53,022 bases of DNA from Trichinella spiralis (Eukaryota). The notes below the pieces were generated by a model. That model ran no database searches, had not been told where the DNA came from, and saw only the letters and a list, made by a program, of their open reading frames with translations. Position 1 is the stretch's first letter; every line of letters begins with the position of its first letter. The stretch covers positions 5,362,913 to 5,415,934 of the forward strand of contig NW_003526944.1 in the NCBI RefSeq assembly GCF_000181795.1, read 5' to 3'. Made by a program: the position numbers and the translations under genes. This document shows, in pieces, positions 10,140 through 23,289 of the stretch.

Positions 10140-12840
10140 TTGGTAAATTACATTTTTTGTCCGAGTAATTCTGTTTTCAGCACAGGAAAGCAGTGTGCTT
10201 ATATATTTTGGTGAAAAACTTTTTTCGATGAGTTCCATTTTTGTAGGTCATTTTTGAATATTCAAATCCAAACTTAAGACATGCGGAGGCCTGTTTTGGC
10301 TAAGACAATGGTTTTATTATGGCGTTTTTTGTCAGATTGTTTATATTTTGACTTTATTTTAAATGTCACTGTCATTTTCGAATTTTGAAATAACTGTCAT
10401 TAAATTAATTTGTTTCAAAATTTTCTCCTCAAACAGAGTGCATTAGTTAAGTAAATGATGGGCAATGAAAAATATACAGTAGCCATATTTATCAGCAGAA
10501 ACGAATGGAATAAAAATTTGCATGCTAGGACGTTCGCTTTGTTGACATATTGGAAATAATTTTAGTTTGAGGTCGTCCGCGTATAGAAGCACTGCGTTTG
10601 GATTGGAAAATTAACTGAAGACCAATATCAAATGACATACAATGAATTTGCTTTTTATTCATTATTATTTTTTGGAATAATTTCTGAAAAATAATTTTTT
10701 AATCAACATCCAAAGTGCATGAGCATCATCATTGAGAAGATAACGCATTTTGCGGTAAGTGGCAGTTTTTTTCATTTATAATTCGTAATCACTTGACAAT
10801 GCAATTGAGAATCGATATTGAGCATATTTTCTCAGTATATTTTCTCTGAATTCTCAACATGAGATGATAAGTGACTTAATAAACGCCAAATTTCCGTACA
10901 CTTGAGTTTGATTTAATACACCCTGTATGCTTTGTTTGTCTATTATTAGAATATGGTCTTTCAAATATCACTTTTGCACTTGCTAACATGGAGGTTCAAC
11001 TGACTCGAGCAAGCTTTTGCATACAAATTGTTCACCTAAAATTAGCTTTGAATGAAAAATTATGAAAATTTTCAGACATACGTAGGTGTGTTTTGTCTAA
11101 GTGAATTTTGTTTTGTTATGGCGTTATTTGTCAAATAGTTTATATACTGACTGAATTTGAAATGTCAAGGTCATTTTTGAATTTCCAAATAGTCGTTTTA
11201 TTATTGGTAGAATTTAGCAGGGCATTTATTCTGCAGATATTGTAACTCGGCTTGGGTTAGCTTTTATCTTCAGCCAAAAGTTTTAACGCACTAAAAACCG
11301 GTTTCTAACGCTACACTATGCAAATAAGGATCGCTATAACGCTGCCTTATTATCAGTAAGGTTGCATTTGTTTGTTTAATTTACGTGGCAATTGGTAGCT
11401 TCGTTGAACGTTCTCTTAGTTCATTACGGGCGTTAAGTAGCTGCTGAAGGCCGTTTCAGACTTACAGACAAGTATTCCACTTTTCTGCTTGTTATTTTTA
11501 AAACTTTGTGTACTCATTTTGTGAACAATTACTTTTTAATTAGATGGCACTTAATTATTATATTTTTTGTATTTCACTTTATGATAAAGTGAGCACAGTT
11601 TTAATTTAATATCATTATTGCATGTTTAAAGAATGGAGCAAAGAAAATGTGAAAACACGGACGGCACGAAGCAGAACAAGAGAAGGCAAGAGGTAAATGC
11701 GATTTCTTGTGGATCTGTAAAGCAAGGCTAAGGATACTTCGAAAGGGTGAAGTTATTCCTTAGTTTAATGAAATTATTCAAGTTTGTAGTATGTAGTATA
11801 TGAGTGAGATATTTTTCACTGTAAAACTGTTCTTTTTAATTTTCATATTAAGATTAGATATGACTTCATCTTTAGAAAGATTGAAAATCAATAGACGTTA
11901 TTTTCAGTTTAAATTATTTTTTCAAATTTCACAGCATCAGAGCCATTTGGTAAATTACATCTTTTGTTCGGTTAACTTTGTTTGTCAGCATACGCAGCGA
12001 GTGTGCTTATATTTTAGTGAAAACATTTTGCGATGAGTTCCATTTATGTAGGTCATTCGCTGTGCTTGAGGCTTCAATTTTCCTAATTTCATAGCGTTCG
12101 GTTAGAATTAATTCTTCGTCCAGAAAATTTTCCAAATTTAACTCAAACCGGTTTCTATTACTACAGTATGCAAATGAGGATCGCTTGAAAATTGCTTTAT
12201 CATCAATCAGTAATGGTGCGCTTGTTTGTTTGACTTGCGTGGCAAGTAACAGCATCGTCAAACGTTGGCGTTAAGTAACTACTGAAGTCGGTTTTTAATT
12301 GTTGAAAGTATTCAAATTTTTCTCGTTGTTACTTTTTTTCGAAACTCTCTATGTATAATAATTTTGTTATCTTTAATTGAAAATCAGTTACTTCTTTTAT
12401 TTGAAAATTCTTTGTTCAATTTTTTAATTCCACTGTGTAATAAAGTGCGAAAAGTTTTGATTCAACATTTACCATTCTTACAGATATGACGAATGAAGAA
12501 AAGAAAATGTGAAAACGGGGACAACACGAATTAGATCGCGGACGACACGAAGCAGATCGCGGACGGCACGAAGCAGATCGAGGACGACACGAAGCAGTAC
12601 AAGAGAAGACAAAGTTCCCGGGACCCCAATTCTGTAGGTCTGGGATTGGGATACTTCGAAAGGGTGAAGTTATCCCATAGCTGTAATTAAGTTAACGACC
12701 AACTTACATGGCTGAGTTTTGAATTAATGCAGTACTTGGTCTTTCACGCAGCAAAATTTATGTATGCAACTGCTTTCATGTGTCGAAATAATTTTTGGTT
12801 TCTGTTTATTTTGTAATTTTTATCTTTTCTTACATGGTTT
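10140..12840 (+). repeat. Segmental duplication homologous to about 49000-53022
   Basis: Same module order; about 11800-12840 is nearly identical to about 51980-53022 (ORF 12007-12261 matches ORF 52189-52443). Confidence 0.9.
12517..12600 (+). repeat. 21-bp minisatellite, 4 units (GCGGACGACACGAAGCAGATC)
   Basis: Four adjacent units; second array at 52699-52782; homologous loci near 7196, 11660, 50692 and 51840 carry a single unit. Confidence 0.9.
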
Positions 12841-13849
12841 TATTTTGAACACTTTTTGAAGCAAATTCCTTTCATTTTATTTTTATTTTTCAAACTGTTA
12901 AACTTCAAACGTTCATTCAATCTTTATTTTCCCCTACTTTACTTTATACATTTTATTCATTTTTCAATTTCTCCTATTATTTCTATTTCTTTCTTTGATT
13001 TCCACTTTTTTTCTTCTTATATTGTACATTTTGTTTTTTTTCAATTTATGTCTCCAAATATTTTTTCTCTGATTCTTTTATTTTGAGTATGACTTTGTAA
13101 AACCTCTGACACATGAAAAGCATTGCATACAAATAAGTAAACACGTAATAAACCATGGAAGAATAATGCACATGGAAAAGAAAGAAGACAAGTGGAGAAA
13201 GCCAAGATCGGTGAAAGGTTGTGGATAGGTTGGATCGAATCGTTTGTTGGTCAGTTGCGTTCGTTGGTCAATTCCGTCCTTGGTCAAGTGAGGTAAGTAT
13301 TGGCACGTTGGAGAAGATAGATACGATTTGGCAAAGTCGAGTGTGGAAAGCTTCTTCATTACAAAGATACAATACACAGACGTAACAAAAGACCAATACT
13401 GCGTTATTTCTTAACGATGATGCTCATGTAGGATTAGTTAAAAAGGGAAAAATCATGTTTGCCATTACTAGTTGCCTGCCAGCAATATTAATCAGTTTAT
13501 AGGAACAAAAACAAAACAGTTAAAATGGGGAAAAATGAAATAATGCACGTAATACATGTAAATTATTAATCTATTTAAAAGTAAGAAAAAAAATTTTTTT
13601 CTTTTAATATAAACCAAGAACAATGCAACAACAACAACAACATTTCTTTATTAATGAAAAAGTTTATTTTTCTAAAAAAAGATAAATGTGCAATGTAATA
13701 CAAACAAACAGATAAAGTCTGGCATAAATGAGTTCTGCGAAATGGCAAACATGCCGGAAATGGGACTTGAAATATTTAATGCAGGCGGAGGATGGAGAGA
13801 CCAAAAATGGGCCCCATCCTGGAGCGTGAAGCTCCCTTCCCTTAGACAA

Positions 13850-14170
13850 GGGAGAGTGCAAACTCTTCCTTGCTCTTTGGGCAGGCAGAGCGCACGCTCC
13901 TCTTCCCTGGAGCGGGGAAAGCCTAGGCTTTCCGCGCTGAAGAGGCGGGTGAGACTTAGTTGTTTCACCTGCCTCAGATGTGCGGGGAGTTTAGTGCTTT
14001 TCCCCGCTCCAAGGGGAGGGGAGATTGTGCGTTTTGTCTGCCCAACAGAGTGGGGGAGATTTTGCATTTTTCCTTGTCTACAGGGGAGAGGAGATTTGCG
14101 CTTTCCATGAAAAAATCGTGAGGGTGGGGGAGATTTCGCGTTTTCGTCGATTCAGCGGGGGGGAAGGTTG
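13850..14170. repeat. Degenerate GC-rich tandem repeat, period about 35 bp
   Basis: GGGAGATTT(G/C)...TTTTC core recurs near 13985, 14019, 14054, 14090 and 14127; may include low-quality read sequence. Confidence 0.5.
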
Positions 14171-14229
14171 CTTTTTTTTGTGAATTTTTTTTAAAAAAAA
14201 GTTTTCGGTTGCGGTGGAGGCCTGCCTTT

Positions 14230-15965
14230 CGGTCAGCCCGACCGCCCCCGCGCCGCCCCCCGCCCTCCTGCCCCGGGGACCCCCACGGCATCATCGCCTC
14301 CTAGCCCACGTGCTGGCCTCACGATTTTGGCCGAGATGACCTTGGGTGGATCCATCTGATCCACCCTCGACGGACCAGATGGCCATTCTGATCCGCCGAA
14401 GACGTAGCTTCCGCACCAGATGGCGTGCGTTGCCAGGCAGATGTGAACCGTTACGCCTACAAAGCCTTGCCGCCTCATGCACATCAAATTGCCGTCACAC
14501 CTGATACTCAATATTAATGTACTGTCCTGCAGAACCAACTCATGTTTGCATACTTACCGTATGATTTACAACTCATCATTATTGATTTAATGTATTATGC
14601 CTACTTATCTTTTCAAATAAAACTCACTACTGTAAGTTGCTGTTTTTTGCATTCCATTTAAAACATTCTAATTAACTATTAAAAACCCTGCTGAAATATG
14701 TAGTTACGAGTGATGTTATTATACCTAATTAGAAAATATTATGACCCACTTTTGGGTTTACATTGTATGTTAATCATTTATTAAAAAACTCTCACTGCTA
14801 AAATATGTTGTTTCGAGTGACGTTATTTAACCTAATTAAAAATTAAAATACTCAGTGCTGAATTTACGTTGCATTTTAAACATTCTAATTAGCATATTAA
14901 AATTAATCTCATATTTAATACATTGTTTTCCTAGATATTACGGATTAATAACATTCTATTTATAGAAGATTACTTCCTATTTATAAAAAGATTATACTCG
15001 TTGCACCTTGTCTAAGCTAATTGTTTATTTCATTTATACGAAGTTTACTTTTGCCAGTACCTAATTGAAGGAGACCCCGATTAACATTTTTATAAGTAAA
15101 AAATTTATATTCAAACAATAGCTAATTCACCAATAATTAATACATAAAATTATGCTAATTTAATGTTTACCATATTACATCCCTTTAAACTGTTTACATT
15201 ACACTGTTTTAAAGTAGAAATATACTTTGACATTACATTCTTTATAGTAAAAAAGTGCTTTAAACTATAAAAATTATATTATTATCAGTATTAAATTAAG
15301 GAATAATTAGAATCTTTTATATGATGAAATGTAAATGAAGAGCTGATAAACTTTTCTACTTTGAAGCAGTGTAATGTAAACAAAAACTGAATTTGCCCAA
15401 TTATTAGATAAATGAACATTAGATTTTATATGTCATTTAAGTTCCTAAATGAATAAATTAATGTATAACATTTTAAAAAATTTAAACTGTTTAGCATGAT
15501 TATAAGGGGAAACTCTCGATGGAGATTAATTTCAAATGTTTGATGCCTAAACTGATGAAAGGTGCAACGCCAAATGAACTAGTTAAAGGTGTGACGGCAA
15601 ATCTGATGTCAATCATTGGCCAAGTGTCAGAGCCGGCGTAACAATAACACAAACGCATAGCGACGCTTACCGTTTCTCTTGGGGAGTAACGATCACCACT
15701 AGATTGGCACCGAAACAGAGTCTCGGCACTACGTCAATTGCGAATTTGCATAACTGCCTCTAGGACAGATACGTCTTACGAATTCACATAGATGTTGAAA
15801 TCCCATTGCACAAGATTTTCAAACAACGTCCATTTTCCACACAAATGGACAGGGTCATCTCTTTAAAACCGGGTCTCCTGGCCAGCACGGGACTAGGAGA
15901 CTCCGCCGAGGGAAGTCCCCGTTAACGGGCAAGTGGCGGGGGCCGCGCCGGGGTCGGTCGGCCTG
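14230..15965. repeat. Degenerate foldback (nested inverted repeat)
   Basis: Arm pairs at 14298-14318/15880-15899, 14333-14341/15853-15861, 14489-14502/15587-15600, 14999-15009/15559-15569 and 15191-15220/15353-15382 (28 of 30 match). Confidence 0.7.
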
Positions 15966-18878
15966 AAAAAANNNNNNNNNNNNNNNNNNNNNNNNNNNNN
16001 NNNNNNNNNNNNNNNNNNNNNNNNNNNNNNAACAATTACTTATTCTTAATACTCAAACTATAGGCAGTGCTAAAAACTCACTATGCTCAAAAATTGTCCT
16101 TGAAATGATCGACAAATTATGCAACCATTTCCCTTTCCGCAAATGAACCCTAAACTCAACTCGAAAGGCATGGGACATGAAAACGTTCAAATGCGGAAAG
16201 CCACTCAAATTTATTATAATAATACTCATGATCTACATCCAGTTACTCTAATTAACAAACGTTTGAATTAAATGCTCGATAACTTACAGCTCGAGTTTAT
16301 ATAAATTACAGACTCAAGAACTCCTCAGTGAAGTTTAACTAATTAGCCTAACTCAAAGAATTATACTTACCAAACTTACCCCTTGTCTTTGGGATGTCTT
16401 CTTTTATCTTCTATTCTTCTGTATCTAAATGTTGGAGAATTAATTTAATGAAGTAATGTTTTAATAAATAAAAAAACAAAGCCGTTAGTATTGTTCTTCT
16501 TCGTCTGTCATTGCATTGAAAGCGCCATTGTTCATTCGCCGCACATCGTTCGCCTACAATCATTTGAAATGAGTTTCTAGAGCAACTAATAGTAGCCACA
16601 GGAAAATTTACATAAAGTTCATTTCTACTGATTAACAAGTATGAAACGTATTTCATTTCGTTGGACAAACATTATTTGGGCCACGCATAAGCTCAAAAGC
16701 AAACAAATTGAAAATGTACTCAAATTTGCATACAAACTAGACAACGCACATACTTGAAGAGATAACATTCTATCATATCTTAAAGCATATCTTGCTTTAC
16801 ATTTAACGCGAAAGTGAATTGATCAGATGCCGTTCAACCCTGCTATAAGTCAACAGTCTGTTTGACTGGCGCTCTGCTAATCTGATGGCAATTTTCAAAT
16901 GGCCCAATTTGCATAAAAGTCAGGCAATGCGCATGCAGCCGAATAAACCGGCGTAAGTAAGTTGAATGTGCTACACAGAGATGAATTAGGACATAATCTC
17001 AACATAATATAAACAATGTGCCCACGTTGGCTGCGCCCCTTGATCAACAAAATTAACTGGATGAAAATTTTGATTCATTTATTTTCTTGATGATGTAAAA
17101 TTTTAAAAACAATATTAAATGATAATGAAATTAAATAATTTATGTATGAAAACAGTATTTTTCTGACCTGCATAATAGAGAACACCATCCGCTTAGTGAT
17201 ATTCCACCTGTTCAGTTCAGAATGAAATTGAATGCTATAAGCAAGTGAAAATTGAAAAATTTATCGTCTTTTACAGTTAAATCTAGATTATTACGCAAAG
17301 TAATAAATTGAAAAATGAATTTGATCAGAGCCTACAATGTATAGATTTATGTACTTCAGAATTCTGTATAAAATTGTTGTGCATATTTATTCAAAACCTA
17401 CGTAAATACAGAAAAATACTGACGCTGAAATATACAAAGCACAAAAAGCATGAGTACAAAAAGTTTTGACATTGAATTTTTTTCTGAATACAGCTTTTTT
17501 CCCTTGCAGTTAAGTTACGCACTGCCTCCGCTAATCACACACCAGTGAAATGAGATATTAACTATGGATGCAATGTTCGCTCTTCTCTGATGAGGTCGTT
17601 TCTTTCAAACCTTCTTATCAGTAATTTGGCAATTAGTATACTGTATAGAACTGTATTTATAATTATTAATTATATTTCCATGCTTTCATTTTTGAAATAT
17701 ACTTCAACTTAATGATGTGCATAATAGATCGACACTTTGCACGCAGAATTAAAAATTCTTTAAGTGAGATAGAAATTCTTATAAAGATAAATTTTCACCT
17801 CACTTCAACATGAAAAGAAAACAAAAATACAGTTTTACTTTGAAAAATATCTTACTTACATCTAACATATTACAAACTTCACTAACTTAATTAAACAAAG
17901 GAATAACTTCTGTTTATAGAATCATCCCAAGCCAAACGTTACAGAATCAGCATAGAAAAAAATCGCATTTACCCTTTGTGTTCACATGTTTTACTTCGTG
18001 TTGTCTGCGTTTTCACTTTTTCTTTATCCATTTTTATTCCTGTAAAAGTGATATTAAATGAAAAATTTTGATGCTTCAAACACATAGTAAAAGATGCAAC
18101 AAATATGAAATTGAATTTTCAATTATATCCAATTAATTATTTTCAATTAAATGATAGTTATTTACAAAATAAGTATCGAATGCTTTGAAAAAAACGAAAC
18201 CAAAATAGAAAAATATGATGCCTTTCAGCAATTGAAAACTGACTTCAGTAGTTACTTAACGCCACTAATAAAATCAGAGAATCTTCATATGGCTGCCACT
18301 TGCCAGAAACCAATACAAGATTACTGAGAGTAAGGAAATTTTTAAAGGACCCTGATTTGCATATTGTAGCGTTAGAAATGGGTTTTAGTGCATTTGAAAT
18401 TATTCTCAAAGATGAATGCTAACCTGGCGCTGACGTTATGGAAATTATAGACATTCATGTACAAAAACTTACTGATCCAGCAGGTAGGGACGGTTACATT
18501 AAACTTATCTGAATCTGATTTCAGATGTCTTGTTAAATTTATCCAATGAAGACTTTTAGGAAATTCAGAAATGAACTTGACTGGCGGAGGTCACCAATTA
18601 AAGATTCGGTTAAAACATAAATTGTGGGACTGAACGCTAACACAAATAATTAACTTAGACAAAACCCGCCCCTGCACGTCTGAATTTGAGATTTGAAAAT
18701 TCAAAAATGACCCACATAAATGGAACTCATGGCGAGAAGCTTTTCACGAAAATGTAAAGACTCTGATTTTTCGCTTTGACAAACAAAATTAGCCAAATCA
18801 AAAATGCAATTTACAAAGTGTTTCTAATTACGTAAAATAAAAACAATATAATAAGTAAAAGTGCAAATAACTTTTGGG

Positions 18879-19005
18879 AAAAGGAGAAGCAGTTCTAGAT
18901 GGTGCTGCATACCTCAGAGTGCCTACATCTGCGCACATTGTAAGAGTGCACAAATGGCCACAACAACCACCAGTGGAATACGAACGAGCGAACGTTTCCA
19001 CTGCC
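18879..19005 (-). ncRNA. Candidate small ncRNA gene, copy 7 (type B)
   Basis: Minus-strand TATAAA at 19035 (-30); intact 5' hairpin; ATTTGTGCAC-TCTTACAAT-GTGCGCAGAT hairpin; T4 about 125 nt from the start. Confidence 0.55.
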
Positions 19006-20479
19006 AAGTAGAATGAAATAATTTTCGTATTTATAATAAGAGCAAAATATTATTATTCGTTACATTCATCTTGATTTTTAATAAATTTGTTAGAATACAG
19101 CATTTTGAAAAAACAAACATCATGTCAAGAAGTTAATCTCATAATGAAAATTTCAATTTACGTCTAGCGTGAAAAGAAGAATATTTTATTCTATCTTTTA
19201 TGTATATATATATAATTTTTGCTATTTTCTCTATGAAATTTATTTGAAATGTTGCAAAGCGTAGATTTCCTGCAGCCTTCAGTGCTTTTCGTGTCTACGG
19301 ATGACTGGTCCTCAAATCTTAATGCCATGGATGAATGCACGTCATATGGAAGCAAATTGTCATATGGCGATTACCAGTCAAAAATTGTCTTCAAAATATG
19401 TGCGAGAGCATGTTAGGGAGGAATTTGACGATGATAATGGACAGGCATTAGATGAGTAACCGGTGACAAATAAAGCGGGTATCAAAGGAAAGGAAATTTT
19501 TGTTACGAAACATTAAGGAGCAAAGCAGTTGCATTTCCAAGCAAAGCGTTTGCTCATCAAGTTCAAGTTGTATACTAATCTGGCTGAATAAACGAGGCAC
19601 GAATGTTACTGCGAAAGATCTGTCTGATAGGATGCTCAAAATCCAGGTCAAAATAAACATTGACGGCAATGATAATGATAGCGAAAAAAGGGATCATGAT
19701 ATAAGTGAAAGTACCGCGGAGCAATTTGATACACTGATCAGAAGAGGAAAGTATTTTAAATGTGACGCGATGGATAGTTGTCTTGGTAAAGACATTATGC
19801 AAATTATCATGAACGAAATGGCTTCCTTCGAGCCGATAGCAACGTCCAAGGACAATACAAATATCATACGATGCACTGATAACAGTACCAACGACATCCT
19901 GTCAAGCTGAGGGAAGCTTCAGGGGAGCTGGACGTTTCGTTACAATATTACGATCGTCTTTGAAAGACAAAACGATTGATACGCTTTGGTCACTACGTTC
20001 ATATCTTATGCAAAGCAGAAATAAAAGGAGCAACTCACTTAGCAATTAAATGAATTTAATAAATGGAAATATTCAATTAATTGGATCAATTAAAAAAATG
20101 GAATGCCTTCCAGCAATTTAAAATAGACTTCAGAGGGCAAAAGTCACCAATTAAAAATTCAGGTAAAATGCAAACTACCGGGCTGTAAGCCAACACAAAA
20201 AAATTTGTTCAGACAAAACGAGCCTACAGATGTCAAAATTTGAAAATTCAAAATTAAAAAATAACGCACATAAATGGAACTCAGGAAAAAAGCTTTTCAC
20301 ATAAATGTAAAGACTTTTGCTTATCGCTTTCACAAACAAAAGTAAACAAACAAAAAATGTAATATATCAAATATTTCAGATGATGTAAAATTTCAAAAAT
20401 AATAATGCGGTGATAAAATAAACTTAAATAACATGCTGTATAGAATATTTTGGTTGGAATCCAATGCGATTCAGTGATG

Positions 20480-20624
20480 AAAAAAACTTTGGAGGATATC
20501 ACATTACAGCATTGCAGCAACGCAAATGCATACTTCAGAATTCTGGTTGGTTCACTTTGTAAGAGTGTACAAACCACCATATCAACCATCAGTGGAATAC
20601 GAACAAGCGGACGTTTCCACTGCC
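20480..20624 (-). ncRNA. Candidate small ncRNA gene, copy 8 (type B)
   Basis: TATAAA at 20654 (-30); consensus 5' hairpin; CACT-CTTACAA-AGTG hairpin; T7 end (A7 at 20480-20486 on plus). Confidence 0.55.
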
Positions 20625-21630
20625 AATTGAAAAAAAATAATTTCCATATTTATAATTAAAGTAAAGTTTTGTTTTTCATAAAAGATTTTCATGGAAAAAT
20701 AGTATAAATAATAAAATTAAAGGGTAGAATTGTTCATAAACAAAATTACTATACGCGTTCCTGACTAATGTATTGCTTTAAATTAAATGCAAATTGTGTG
20801 AAAAAATATTAACAAAAAAAGAAAATACTGTTTTCTCCATATCAGATCTTACTTTGACTATATTATGAAATTTGCAACATGAAAATGAATAAATACATTT
20901 TATTCAAATACTATTCAGTAGTTTCTTAGCTCAGCTTAACTCTCTTATTTTCGCGCATTACTCTACATGTAATGAATAATATTAATTTGCGACAATTAAA
21001 TTTCACTTAATTTATTCAATTTTTGAATATAAAAAAATGTAAATGGTGCAGAAATATTAATTGATTTCAGTAATTCGCTTTTAATAATAATTGGTTTATA
21101 AGATATTTGTCTTCTTTTTAAAAATATAAATACATGAACAAACTGCTGTTGATCTTCAACAAAAAATTTTACACAGAACAGATCTATTCTTAATAATGCT
21201 TAATATAATCATGTTCAATGATTATAAATTAGTGGACATAATTGAAATAATAGCAGTTCATGTAAAGTAACCGGATGATCTAGCGAGTGCATTGCATTAA
21301 AAAAGAATAATGACGTGTAAAAAATTGAGATACCGTGCCAAATTCAACCAATGAAAACAATTTGAAAATTCAAAAATGACCTTGATATTTAAAATTCAGT
21401 CAAAATATAAATTACCGGGCAGAAAACGCCATAACAAAAAATTCACTTAGACAAAACACGCCCCCGCATGTCTGAATTTGAGATTTGAAAATTCAAAAAT
21501 GACCCACATAAATGGAACTCATGACAAAAACTTTTCACAAAAATGTAAAGACTCTGGTTTTTCGCTTTGACAAACAAAATTAGCAAATCAAAAATGTAAT
21601 TTATGAACTTCTTTTAATTATGTAAAATTT

Positions 21631-21806
21631 AAAAAAATGCAAATGCCAAGTGTGAAACGAAAGCACTTATCAGAAGTATGTGCTTTTTGGCGTACTAGGA
21701 ATTCTGCTAGCATTCCTCTTTGGCTACATCTGCGCGCATTGTAAGAGTGCACAAATGGCCACATCAACCACCAGTGGAATACGAACAAGCGGACGTTTCC
21801 ACCCTC
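21631..21806 (-). ncRNA. Candidate small ncRNA gene, copy 9 (type B)
   Basis: TATAAA at 21836 (-30); start GAGGGTGGAA keeps the stem through a G.U pair; CTTACAA hairpin; 3' hairpins AGGAAT/ATTCCT and AAAGCAC/GTGCTTT; T7 end. Confidence 0.55.
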
Positions 21807-23289
21807 GAGTGAAATGAACTAAGTTCCATATTTATAATTAAAGCAAAGTATTATTATTCTTGATTTTATTTTTGATTTTTAATAAATTTATCAGAATACA
21901 GCATATTAAAAAAACTAATATCATGTCAAGAAATTTTGTAATGAAAATTTCAATTTACGTCTAGCATGAAAATAAAAATATTTCATTTTATCTTTTATGT
22001 ATGTTACGCATAATGTTGAAAATTGTCTATTATTGATAATAGGCAAGCGTTTTGCCTATTATTAGAAAATAAATGATTTTTTAACAAAGATGATTTGCAT
22101 GGTACGCGCGTAGCATTCTTGGCTAAAAATCAACCCTTATTAGATTTCCTCTTAAATAATAAATCATAATAGCATCTCAACCAAATATGCGATATAAAAA
22201 ATTCAACTTTTAGCAGAAGTCCATTTCCATGCTTAAACTATTTCACTTTTAATAATAATTTGTTTATCTTATATTTGTTTTCTTTTTCAAAATTTAAATA
22301 CCTTTACAAACTGCAGTTGAACTTAAACAAAAAATTATGCGCAAAACAGATCTATTCTTACTAATGCTTAATGTAATTATGCTCAGTGACTGTAAATTCA
22401 TAAAAATGCATGTATTTTCTTCATGTATGTTCTACAGTACTCTGATGTAATGAAATGCAACGTACAGAAAAATAGTCAAACTCACCTCATTTAGATAACT
22501 AAATTTGTTTGTACTGTTGTAGAAATTGAATGACGTATTCGAATTAAACTTTTGATGCTTTCTTCCTTTTGAAAACGTCTTCAATTGTGCTTTATCTCTA
22601 AAGCATCAGCCTACAATTATTTGAAATCAAGGTAAAAAAAGAGCAAAACTGAATTAGTATGCAAATTTTTAGGCTTTTTGTTTCTGTTGGTAATAAAAAA
22701 CAGAGGCAATAAAGCAATCTAATGAATGGCAACAAATAATTGAAAATCATATTACACGGAACATGCAAATTCATGAGTTATACTTTACGATAAATATTGA
22801 TTTTCGTCCGTTAATAAAAATGAGTGTCAACAGTAAGAAAAATACCACTCTACGGCATATGCTTTTTACGAAGATATATTAATTGCTGTTGGTGATCCAT
22901 ATAGATATTTGACATCAGAATTGTCCAAAATTCCAAATTAATGTCACATCAAATAAAAATCTTTTTAGGAGATATTCTTCTGAGTAACGTTTTACACGTT
23001 GGTAAAAAATTAAATGTTGCTTCCTATGTCTGGCTAATAATCGATGGCAGATGATAATTTTGGATGGTTATTATCTTATATAATTTACAAATTGACCGTG
23101 AAAAATTTTCCAAATGCTGAAATAAAACATAAAATAGTGCAAATTCGCATGAAAACAAAAATAATTCTCTTTCTTAGTCTGCACTCAAAAATATCCGTCA
23201 AAGTTCAAAAATGCAGGAAGCCACAAATTCAAAAATTAAAAATAATTATTGATTCTAAATTGAATTGCGTGACGCAGAACTGAAAGAGT

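Noticed and set aside
13097..13387. Possible solo LTR (TGTAA...GTAACA); a similar TG...CA segment surrounds the hAT element (4346-6057)
   Set aside because: No matching TSD, PBS or second copy in the window.
13664..14538. Cluster of overlapping ORFs, one faintly profilin-like
   Set aside because: Explained by GC-rich degenerate repeats with few stops; no convincing motif or gene structure.
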